Below are positions 28,861 to 37,058 of a DNA stretch of 64,000 nucleotides, in pieces. The notes below the pieces were generated by a model. The model was not told the DNA's origin. It did not search any database and was given only the letters and a program-made list of their open reading frames with translations. How positions within the stretch are numbered: the first letter of the stretch is position 1; each line of letters starts with the position of its first letter. The stretch is taken from assembly GCA_963717245.1 (NCBI GenBank), contig CAVQVV010000003.1:25677-89676 (forward strand), in the 5' to 3' direction. This DNA is from an uncultured Actinomycetota bacterium (GTDB taxonomy: Bacteria > Actinomycetota > Actinomycetes > Mycobacteriales > Pseudonocardiaceae). The translations under genes and the position numbers were made by a program.

Positions 28861-29892
28861 ATGGGTTTTGGTGACGACACACCAGATGAGAAATCAGCTT
28901 CGGAATCGTGTCAACCGACGAGCAACGCAGCTGGCCCCCCTGCTCAAGCTGAGGACAGCACTAAGGCGAACTCCATAAGCAGCTCAGGACCCAATACCGC
29001 AGCCGGACCTTTAAGCGTAGTCGTGCACCTTGCACAGTATTTGTGGCGTGAGGAAATCGATTTCGATGATCCGTACTGGCCGCCAGAGTGGCTAAAGACG
29101 GTAGCCTACGTACTGATCGCCGCCCTGTGCATCTTCGTCGCCTTCGGATTATCGATTCCGATAGTACACTTGCTCACCGCAGTGGCCAATTGGCTCGTTT
29201 GGTTGTATAAAACAGATCTGGCAGGGGTCACATTAGATCCCATCCGAAAATACCTCAATAGCCACACGCAAGGAATGCGACTGACGCCAAGCGACCTGTG
29301 GAGGATATGGAGTCTCGCCGGCATGGCCTTGTTTCTTCTGTCTATCCGAGGATCGATAGGAGCACGGATAGGTTGGGCAATCTTCGGAGTCGGGGCCTGC
29401 GCTATGGCGTGGGGCGCAACCCCGCAGCCCTCCCCATGGCTAGCGGCAGGCATCACAGCATTGTGGTGGTCGGCCTTATCGGTGGCCGCATACAGGCGCC
29501 TGCCTCCCCGGTTCGCCGGCAGAAGAAGACATAATAGTAGTAAAGAGTCCCATGAATCGCGTCGCGTGGACCCATCGATTATAGCTCACATGACAGCTCA
29601 GCGGCGAGGATTCGCCAACCTAGCAGCCTACTTCAATGAGCGGGGAAATCAGTCCATCCCTGTTATCGCCAAGGAGCTGAGCGTGCCCAAACGGTACGTC
29701 CAAGAGATGCGCAGTCAGTTTTTGGATGACGACGTATCCACCCGTGGCCAGCTGAGCCCACAACAGCAGAAAGATATACTCGCCGAGTATCGCTCTGGCA
29801 ACCAGAGCGCTACGGAGATTGCTCATCGTTGCGGCGTCAGCGTCGAGAGTGTGCGACGCGTTATCAAGAGAAGTCGCCAGCGCCAGCCGTAG
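28861..29892 (+). CDS. Membrane protein (about 4 TM) with a C-terminal double HTH region
   Basis: 343-aa ORF with a disordered N-terminus and hydrophobic helices, followed by IPVIAKELSVPKRYVQEM and QSATEIAHRCGVSVESVRRVIKR (transposase/resolvase-type HTH). Confidence 0.6.
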   Translation: MGFGDDTPDEKSASESCQPTSNAAGPPAQAEDSTKANSISSSGPNTAAGPLSVVVHLAQYLWREEIDFDDPYWPPEWLKTVAYVLIAALCIFVAFGLSIPIVHLLTAVANWLVWLYKTDLAGVTLDPIRKYLNSHTQGMRLTPSDLWRIWSLAGMALFLLSIRGSIGARIGWAIFGVGACAMAWGATPQPSPWLAAGITALWWSALSVAAYRRLPPRFAGRRRHNSSKESHESRRVDPSIIAHMTAQRRGFANLAAYFNERGNQSIPVIAKELSVPKRYVQEMRSQFLDDDVSTRGQLSPQQQKDILAEYRSGNQSATEIAHRCGVSVESVRRVIKRSRQRQP

Positions 29893-30054
29893 CGGCTATA
29901 ACAATGTTGGTCCGACGGGGGTACATTGCGCGAAACATGTTGCCAGAAAATGGACTACTCGTCTCAGAATGCAGTAGACGTAGACTCCACAGCAGCAGCG
30001 ATAGCAAACCGTTCGGCGCGGAGGCGCCAGATAATCACGGCCTGATCGACACAG

Positions 30055-30283
30055 CGTAGGGCATTCCGCTGCGGCTGAGTATGGCCTCGTGAGCGATGTT
30101 GATCTCGTAGCGCCAGCGAAACGGAAGCCCACACAACACCACTGGTCCACATTCGACCGTGTACAACCATCATTGCGCCTCCTAGCTGCCAGCAAAAACA
30201 GCGTTCAACGCTGTTAACTAATAAACCAAATCCGGATTCGGGACGAAGAGGCCATGGTTCGAATCCCCCCTCCAGTCGGTGCA
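30055..30283 (+). repeat. att-like arm homologous to 27385-27544, joined to a tRNA-Pro(CGG)-like core
   Basis: The arm ends with the same aatccgga. The core ttcgggacgaagaggcc resembles anticodon loop TTCGGGA plus stem CGAAG plus a variable loop. The following T arm does not fold. Confidence 0.55.
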
Positions 30284-30543
30284 AAGCCACATTTTTCTAA
30301 ACGGAATGATGCCGCGGCGTAGAAAAGCTGGTCGCCTCCTTCGAGGGCGCTGAAAATATCAATCAGCATTGTGAGCGCGCATTCTCTTGCGATCGCGTCG
30401 AGGAGGTAGGCGTGTTCCGGATAGACCTGACTGTCGAAAACTGACGCCGCGGTCGACCTCGCCTAGGCCGTCACCAACCCGGTAGTCTGCAAGACCGTGT
30501 CGTCACTGGTCCTGGGTGGGCACTGTCACGTTGACGGGGCTGG

Positions 30544-31755
30544 GTGTTCGATGCCTGGTGTCGGCGAACGCATACGAGTCGGGGGTCCACGGTGCCTAGT
30601 CGCGCTCAGCGGCTGTTGCAGGTTGAGGACTATCTTTTCTCATTCATCGATGAGACCCGAGAGTTGGCCGAGGGCGTTGGCCTAGCGATCGTGCCATTGG
30701 GTGTCGGGGACTGTGACCTGCCGACGCCGCCGCATGTCGTGGAGGCGATGCGCCACGCGGTTCGGGATCCGTTGTCGCACCGCTACCCGCCGTACGCAGG
30801 CACGCAGGTCATGCGGGTCGCGGCCGCTAAGTTCCTGGCTCGGCGTTTCCAGATCGAGATCGATCCAGACATCGAGGTCGTCGTGACCCTGGGCAACAAA
30901 GAGGCGATGGCGCACCTCGCACTGGCCTATATCGAGCCCGGCGATGTGGTGCTGGTGCCCGATCCCGCCTACCCGGTGTATGAGACCTGGGCCCGGTTCT
31001 GCGGTGGCGAGGTGTACCGCGTTCCGCTCCGTGCCCAGAACGGCTTCCTGCCCGACCTCGACGCGATTCCTCCCGACGTCGCCGCTCGGGCCAAGCTGTT
31101 CTGGGTCTGCTACCCGAACAACCCGACCGCGGCACTGGCCACCGCTGAGTTCTTCGACAGACTGGCCCAATTCGCGTTGGTCCACGACATCATCGTGGCC
31201 TCCGACGCCGCCTACACCGAGATCTACTACGACACCGAGCCGCCGCCGTCGTTTCTGGAGTCACCAGGCGCGATGGACTGCGGCATCGAGTTCCACTCAC
31301 TGTCCAAGGCATACAACATGCCAGGCTGGCGAGTCGGATTCGCCACCGGCAACGCAGACGTCGTCGACGCGTTGCGCACGGTCAAAACCAACACCGACTC
31401 CGGCACCTTCTCCGCCGTGCAGCACGCCGCGGTGGCCGCGCTCACCGACACCACCAGCTACCCCGACCAACTCCGCCACACCTACCGCACCCGCATGCAC
31501 ATTCTGTGCGACGGGCTCGAAGCCGCAGGACTCGACATACTGCGCCCCAAAGCCACGTTCTACTGCCTGGTCCGCAATCCCGGCGGCTACACCAGCACCG
31601 GCTTCGCCAAGAAACTGCTCGACGACGCCCACGTGCTCAGCATCCCCGCCAGCAGATTCGGCCCCGGTGGCGAGGGCTACGTACGCCTCACCGTCTGCGC
31701 CGAGATCGAACTCATCCACGAAGCGATCCGCCGGATCACCCACGTTGACTGGTGA
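30544..31755 (+). CDS. Class I/II PLP-dependent aminotransferase (LL-diaminopimelate-aminotransferase-like)
   Basis: 403-aa ORF (alternative GTG at 30592). It has SLSKAYNMPGWRVGF with the PLP lysine context, YPNNPT, and an N-terminal YLF..I pattern. Confidence 0.8.
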   Translation: MFDAWCRRTHTSRGSTVPSRAQRLLQVEDYLFSFIDETRELAEGVGLAIVPLGVGDCDLPTPPHVVEAMRHAVRDPLSHRYPPYAGTQVMRVAAAKFLARRFQIEIDPDIEVVVTLGNKEAMAHLALAYIEPGDVVLVPDPAYPVYETWARFCGGEVYRVPLRAQNGFLPDLDAIPPDVAARAKLFWVCYPNNPTAALATAEFFDRLAQFALVHDIIVASDAAYTEIYYDTEPPPSFLESPGAMDCGIEFHSLSKAYNMPGWRVGFATGNADVVDALRTVKTNTDSGTFSAVQHAAVAALTDTTSYPDQLRHTYRTRMHILCDGLEAAGLDILRPKATFYCLVRNPGGYTSTGFAKKLLDDAHVLSIPASRFGPGGEGYVRLTVCAEIELIHEAIRRITHVDW

Positions 31756-31988
31756 CCCGCGAGGGCAGGCTCGAGGCGAGTGGCTGCGGCTCACCCAGCC
31801 GGATGTGCCCACGGCGCCCGCAACGCCTGAGCGCCTGAACGGACCCCACAGCTGCGTGACGAGGGGAATTGACCAGCCTGGACGATTCTGGCGACGATCA
31901 TGGGGCGTAACCGACACTAATATTGCCCTGGATACCCACCACCGCGGGACCCGCCGACCGGGCATGCGCAGGGCAACGGGGGAACATC

Positions 31989-32972
31989 ATGGAACTGAGC
32001 CGAGTCGAAATCGTAGCCGTCGATGACGAGGGGACGTTCTGGGACGACCGGTCCGCAGTTTCAGCCTCCCTCCGGGAGACCCCGCCACGGGTGCCCGCCT
32101 ACTTCGGATATGACGCGCTCGGATCGGACCTCTTCGAGTCGATCACCGAGCTGCCTGACTACTACCTCACCCGGGTCGAGCGCGGGCTCCTACAGCGCCA
32201 CGCCGAAGAGATCGCCGACCTGATCGGGTGCGAGCGGATCGCCGAGCTGGGCAGCGGGAGCGCGAAGAAAACCCACCTACTGCTGACGGCCTGTGCCAAG
32301 CGCCGTCCGACCACCTACCTTCCCATTGACGTCAGCCGCGAGATGTTGGCAGCCAGCGGGCGCAAGCTGACCACCGAATTGCCCGCCCTGCGCGTGCAGG
32401 GACTGTGGGGCCGGTATCAGGCGGGATTGGCCTGGCTGCGGGACGGCAACGAACCGGTAGTGGTGACCTTCCTCGGAAGCAGCCTAGGAAACACGACGTC
32501 CGAGGAGCGCGACGCGCTGCTCTCCGAAATCACCGACACGCTACGGCCCGGCGACGGCTTCCTAGTGTCAGTCGACTTGCAAAAGCCAGCCCAAGTGTTC
32601 GAAACCTGTTACAACGATCCACCCGACCGGCCGGCCTTCGCACGGTTCCGGCTCAACTATCTAACCCACCTCAACCGGCGCTTCGCCGCCGACTTCACCC
32701 TGGAATACTTCTACCCGCGAGCGCACTACGACTCCGCCACCACCACGGTGCAGGTCCACCTCTATGCAACCGAAGACCACTCCGTCACGCTGCGCGAGTT
32801 AGACCTTGAACTGGTTCTGCGACGCGGTGACTCGCTGAACGTCAGCTTGTCGCACAAGTTCCACCACCCCCAGTTCGTGGCCGACGTCTCCACGCGAGGA
32901 TTTAATCTCCGCGCGCAGTGGATCGACCCGGTGTGGCAGTACGGCATCTTCCTGTTCGTCCGCTCAAGTTGA
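31989..32972 (+). CDS. EgtD-family (Methyltransf_33) amino-acid N-alpha-methyltransferase-like protein
   Basis: PAYFGYDALGSDLFESITELPDYYLTRVERGLL...ELGSGSAKKT...YLPIDVS follows the EgtD pattern (YDxxGSxLFExITxLPEYYxTRxE, GSG SAM site). Confidence 0.8.
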   Translation: MELSRVEIVAVDDEGTFWDDRSAVSASLRETPPRVPAYFGYDALGSDLFESITELPDYYLTRVERGLLQRHAEEIADLIGCERIAELGSGSAKKTHLLLTACAKRRPTTYLPIDVSREMLAASGRKLTTELPALRVQGLWGRYQAGLAWLRDGNEPVVVTFLGSSLGNTTSEERDALLSEITDTLRPGDGFLVSVDLQKPAQVFETCYNDPPDRPAFARFRLNYLTHLNRRFAADFTLEYFYPRAHYDSATTTVQVHLYATEDHSVTLRELDLELVLRRGDSLNVSLSHKFHHPQFVADVSTRGFNLRAQWIDPVWQYGIFLFVRSS

Positions 32973-33145
32973 TCTCTCATACTGGAGCTCCAACAGCAGC
33001 CCCAGCGACAGCTGCAACAACAGCAGCGCCAGCGGCAGTAACATCCGTGTCGATTGTCGGCCCGCAATCCGGCTTACGGCCGTCTCGACAGGGGAGAGGC
33101 CAGCCCGAGCTGATCATATGGTCGGAGAAGGAACATGGAGGGAAC

Positions 33146-33220
33146 ATGTCCTCCAACAACAGCCAGCACCAGGACGCCCGGTCTGACATATACGCCCAGG
33201 TGGCAACGTACAGAACACCC
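33146..33220 (+). pseudogene. 5' end of a small ORF cut by IS1380 copy 2
   Basis: GGAGGGAAC precedes the ATG. MSSNNSQHQDARSDIYAQVATYRTP then runs into the IS terminal repeat. Confidence 0.35.
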
Positions 33221-34912
33221 CTAGCCTCGGGCTTTCACGGTAAATGATCATGTGGGCGACGCGCCGGGGCTAGATGCGCGAAAGTGCCTGCTCAGCCCGG
33301 TTGGATCGGAGTTCTCAAGGCTCGGTCCGGCCGGATAGAGAGGCACTTCGCAGGTGAAGGATAAACAACGTCGTCCGTGGTTGTCAGTGATCACCTTCGG
33401 TGAGTCGTTGGTGTCGCATGCAGGTGGGTCACTGCTGGTGGCGACGGCTCGCGCCGCCGGGCTGTGCGGGGAGTTGTCGACTCGGCTGAGGCCCTGGCGG
33501 GGGCCGTGGGCGATCCACGATCCGGGGAAGATCGTGCTGGATCTGGCCGTTGCGGTCGCGCTGGGCGGGGACTGCGCCGCCGATATCGGGGTGCTGCGGG
33601 CCCAGCCTGGGGTGTTCGGGTTGGTGGCCTCGGATCCGACAGTGTCACGCCTGGTCGCCACACTGGCCGGGGATGTCGATGCCGCGCTGGGCGCGATCGC
33701 TGGGGCCCGAGCCACGGCCCGGGAGCGGGTGTGGGGCTGGGCGGGCGCACCGATCGCCGACGGGCGCGTGGTGATCGATTTGGATGCCACCCTGGTCACC
33801 GCGCATTCGGAGAAGGAGGCCGCCGCGCCGACCTATAAACGCGGGTTCGGGTTCCATCCCTTGCTGGCTTATGCCGATCACGGTGATGGGGGCACCGGGG
33901 AGCCGGTGGCCGCGCTGCTGCGTCCGGGCAACGCAGGCTCCAACACCGCAGCCGATCACATCGAGGTCTTCGATGCCGCGCTGGCGCAGCTCCCGGCGCC
34001 GTGGTGCACGCCGAATGAGCAGGGTCGGCGCCCGGTGTTGGTGCGCACCGACGCCGCCGGTGCCACGCACACGTTCACCCATCACCTGGCGGCGATGGGT
34101 GTGGAGTTCTCGGTGGGCGCCTACCTGCACCAGTTCGACATCCACTGGGTCTTGGCCCAGCTCCCCGAGCAGGCCTGGACACCCGCCTACCAGGTAGCCA
34201 AGCCACGTGCCGGCCAGTGGGGTCCGATCATCGAACCCCGCGACGGTGCGTGGGTCGCCGAGGCCACCGGACTGGTCGACCTCGCAAGTTGGCCGGCGGG
34301 TACCCGGCTGATCCTGCGCCGGGAACGCCCGCACCCCGGTGCGCAATTGCGGATCACCGACGTCGACGGTCACCGGATCGTCGGCATGCTCACCAACACC
34401 CCCGGTGGGCAACTGCCCGATCTGGAACTGCGCCACCGCCGTCACGCCCGCGTCGAGGACCGCATCCGCAACGCCAAAGACACCGGACTACGCAACCTGC
34501 CCTTCCATGACCTGAATCAGAATCGGATCTGGCTGGCGATCACCGCCCTGGCCGCCGACTTGCTCGCCTGGGCCCAACGCCTCGCTTTGACCGGCGCGGC
34601 CGCCCGCTATGAACCCAAACGGTTGCGGCTGCGCATCCTCAGCGTCGCCGGCCGACTGGTCCGCACCGCACGACGCACTGTCCTGAAGATTCCCGACACC
34701 TGGCCCTGGGCCCGCGAGATCACCACCGCCCACGCCCGCCTGGCCGCCCTCACGCCCTGACCCGCAACACCTAACCCCCGACAGGACCCGGAGCGCCGGC
34801 CACCACCGCAGGACCGGGACTCACCCCTGCCCACCATCCGAAAAACCGCACACAAGATCAACCAGTGAAATCAAAGATCACCATACGATCGGGATGAAAG
34901 ATCGAGGCTAGC
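33218..34912 (+). mobile_element. IS1380-family insertion sequence, copy 2 (divergent isoform, ends +/-3 nt)
   Basis: Same terminal repeats as copy 1 (CTAGCCTCGGGCTTTCAC / GAAAGATCGAGGCTAG). No flanking direct duplication is detectable. Confidence 0.8.
33354..34760 (+). CDS. IS1380-family DDE transposase
   Basis: 468-aa ORF collinear with 19879..21342 (DATLVTAHSEKE, KRGFGFHPL). It appears intact. Confidence 0.85.
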   Translation: MKDKQRRPWLSVITFGESLVSHAGGSLLVATARAAGLCGELSTRLRPWRGPWAIHDPGKIVLDLAVAVALGGDCAADIGVLRAQPGVFGLVASDPTVSRLVATLAGDVDAALGAIAGARATARERVWGWAGAPIADGRVVIDLDATLVTAHSEKEAAAPTYKRGFGFHPLLAYADHGDGGTGEPVAALLRPGNAGSNTAADHIEVFDAALAQLPAPWCTPNEQGRRPVLVRTDAAGATHTFTHHLAAMGVEFSVGAYLHQFDIHWVLAQLPEQAWTPAYQVAKPRAGQWGPIIEPRDGAWVAEATGLVDLASWPAGTRLILRRERPHPGAQLRITDVDGHRIVGMLTNTPGGQLPDLELRHRRHARVEDRIRNAKDTGLRNLPFHDLNQNRIWLAITALAADLLAWAQRLALTGAAARYEPKRLRLRILSVAGRLVRTARRTVLKIPDTWPWAREITTAHARLAALTP

Positions 34913-34940
34913 CGGTACCACGTAGAGGATCGAAGCGGCC

Positions 34941-34983
34941 TTCACACCCAAGAGGTCACTGGTTCGATCCCCGCCTCCCCACC
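34941..34983 (+). repeat. Hybrid tRNA-derived core (Val-CAC-like 5' part, different tRNA 3' end with CCA)
   Basis: ttcacacccaagaggtcactggttcgatcc matches the Val-type core. The 3' side ccgcctccccacca does not pair with the T-stem 5' strand, as expected for a recombinant att site. Confidence 0.5.
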
Positions 34984-35132
34984 AGCACAAAAACCTCTGG
35001 GTACGCTTGATCAGTTCCCGGCCGACGCCTCGCCTCGTGGCAGTGCCCTACGCCAGTGCGCGGCTGCCGAGTGCGGTTTCCACTCAGATCGTTGTGTTTC
35101 CCGGAAATTTGACGGGGAGGCCTACAGGAGCG

Positions 35133-35519
35133 ATGGGCCGACAGAGAAGGATGCTGGACGTGGCCAAGCTGAGGGTGCACGGTGATGAGCTGGTGGTCGG
35201 GCTGTCCCCGCTGGAGAAGCTGGGTGCGTTTCGCGGTGACGTCCACGTCCCCCTGGCTGCCGTGAGATCGGCTCGGGTTAGCGCCCGGCCCTGGTCGGAG
35301 CTTCGGGGCATCCGGGCGCCCGGCACCGGCTTCCCGGGAATCATCTCGCTGTGCACTCGCCGGGGATCAGGGGTCGTTGACTTCGCAGCCGTCTACCGAG
35401 GCGGCCCCGCTGTCGTGGTGGACCTTGAGGGTGCCCACTTCGACCGCGTGGTTGTCACCTGCGAGGACGCCGACAATGTGGTCCGGCGCATCGAGCAGGC
35501 GGTGTCACCCAGGGCTTGA
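35133..35519 (+). CDS. Hypothetical protein (possibly a bacterial PH-like fold)
   Basis: ATG preceded by GGAGG...AGGAG. 128 aa with high GC3. Family assignment is tentative. Confidence 0.55.
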   Translation: MGRQRRMLDVAKLRVHGDELVVGLSPLEKLGAFRGDVHVPLAAVRSARVSARPWSELRGIRAPGTGFPGIISLCTRRGSGVVDFAAVYRGGPAVVVDLEGAHFDRVVVTCEDADNVVRRIEQAVSPRA

Positions 35520-35633
35520 GCTGCCGGTCGAAGTCCTCAAGGCGGTGGTCGTGTGTAAGGGCGGAGCCCGCGATGTGATCATCTGCCAGACTGGGACCGT
35601 GTGGCTGCTCCCGCATCCATGTTAAGGCCGACC

Positions 35634-35658
35634 GTGTAGCAGCCGTGTAGCAACGACC
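35634..35658 (+). repeat. TGTAGCA tandem motif, copy b
   Basis: gtgtagcagccgtgtagcaacgacc, 115 nt after the stop of 35133..35519. Confidence 0.7.
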
Positions 35659-36548
35659 TTCGAGGGCAGCCATCGCTCACAAGCTTCGCCAACGCGCCCG
35701 GGCAGTAGCCCGGGGCGCCACTTTATCGATCACCGAGTAGCGGGAGTGGTCATCGAGCCGGGAGATCAGCCTCGCCTCCACCACCCCACTCGAAGCCACC
35801 GGATCAGTGATCATGGCCGAGCCCATGATGTCGAGTTGTCAGAGTTCCATTGACCTGGGGAGCAGCCTCAACAACGGGAAGGGTGGTAACGCTGCTCCAC
35901 GACGCTCAACTCCACGAGCACCAGCCCCGGCTCCCCCGTGACAGCAATCGCCATGATCGTGACAGTTTGATCTGACCATCCCCCTGCACAAGCACCAGCA
36001 GGTCGTGGACGTCGCTGACGGTTGGGCACCGCGCTGGAAGCGAGGGATCCGGTACAGCAGCGAAGTACCGCAACCGTGGAACCCGAGCCAGAACCGGACG
36101 GACGCTACTAAGCTTCTGACCAGCGCGTGCGACTCCATCAGACCTTGCCGCCGACAGTTGTGGTCCAGAATGTTGCGGTTTGGAGTCACCAACTACACTG
36201 GTAGCGGCAGGTGCTACCAGTGTAGTTTCCGCGATTATCCATCTGCTTCAGGAGGAACAGTCCCCGTAGACAGACACGACAACAGCGACGAGACTGATGT
36301 ACTGAGGTTGCGCAGAAAGATACTCTCGACTAGGGTTGTCGCTTACGGAGATTATCCAAACATAGAAATAAAAAAGCTAAACAAGATGTGTCGCACTAGT
36401 AAATAACGGGTAAGCAAAAATAACGAGTGACCCAAAGGGTTGTCCTCTCAATTGTAGGTAGACTACGTTGGCATGCGCCACTGAAAGATTCCTCTCTAGG
36501 AACCGTCCGTAGCAGCTGACACCCGACCACGAGAACTAGATCGAGATC

Positions 36549-36740
36549 ATGACCCCGCATCGGAAAAGAGTCTTAGCGGCGATCATCGTGCCAATCCAGG
36601 TCGCCTTCGCTGTGGTTGCTTGGCGGGACCTGGCCGCCCGGTCTGACGACCACGTGCGGGGCAAGAAAAACATCTGGCGAGCAGCCATTCTGCTGAACCC
36701 CGGCAACTCGATGTTCTACTGGCTCTGGGGACGGCGCTGA
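36549..36740 (+). CDS. PLD-nuclease-N-terminal-type small membrane protein
   Basis: 63 aa. A TM helix AAIIVPIQVAFAVVAW is followed by RDL...VRGKKNIWRAAILLNPGNSMFYWLWGRR, typical of the PLDc_N small protein family. Confidence 0.65.
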   Translation: MTPHRKRVLAAIIVPIQVAFAVVAWRDLAARSDDHVRGKKNIWRAAILLNPGNSMFYWLWGRR

Positions 36741-36785
36741 CCCAACTGACGGGTGCGGCGACCGGCCACCAATATCGGGTCGACG

Positions 36786-36809
36786 GTGTAGCAGTCCTGT
36801 AGCAACGAC
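36786..36809 (+). repeat. TGTAGCA tandem motif, copy c
   Basis: gtgtagcagtcctgtagcaacgac, 46 nt after the stop of 36549..36740. Confidence 0.7.
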
Positions 36810-36900
36810 TCCCGACGCGAGCCATCGAACGCAACCTTGGCCACCGCATCGGCGCAGGTGATCCCCCTGGTGCACACCACCACACACGGCTTGCCGAGGC

Positions 36901-36944
36901 TTTGGGAGCGAGGGGCCGCGGGTTCAGATCACGCCACCCGACCA
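36901..36944 (+). repeat. Degenerate tRNA-Pro(UGG)-like core (anticodon loop to CCA)
   Basis: tttgggagcgaggggccgcgggttcagatcacgccacccgacca. This parses as loop TTTGGGA, a T-loop-like GGTTCAGATC, then an acceptor-like CCACCCG-A-CCA. It does not fold as a functional tRNA. Confidence 0.5.
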
Positions 36945-36972
36945 GGTGTGAACGATGTCCCGAAATCAGACA

Positions 36973-37004
36973 CTGTCGTCCCGACCAATGTGTCGTCCCG
37001 ACCA
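36973..37004 (+). repeat. Two tandem mini-copies of the extreme 3' end of tRNA-Pro(GGG)
   Basis: ctgtcgtcccgacca (36973-36987) and tgtcgtcccgacca (36991-37004), located 55 nt from the integrase stop. Confidence 0.7.
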
Positions 37005-37058
37005 ACACGACGCCTGCTGATGACACTGACCGGAAATGCCAGGTCAGCGGCGCCCTTG

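Larger units (their letters stand above)
23794..36972. mobile_element. Mosaic region B: nested remnants of several integrative elements and cargo
   Basis: It starts at att copy 2 with only the last codons of an integrase. It contains four tRNA-derived cores, three TGTAGCA arm motifs and an IS1380, and ends at mini-cores next to the element C integrase. Confidence 0.6.

Noticed and set aside
32975-33060. A CAG/CAA/GCA-rich tract after the methyltransferase gene, considered as a possible tandem repeat or leader peptide.
   Set aside because: It is low complexity without a clear repeat unit. It is in frame with nothing that has a start or an SD sequence.
36830-36944. An additional functional tRNA gene (GGCGCAG D-arm-like string followed by a T-loop-like GGTTCAGATC and CCA).
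   Set aside because: No acceptor 5' strand is present. The anticodon and T stems do not pair. I read it as a degenerate tRNA-mimicking att region.
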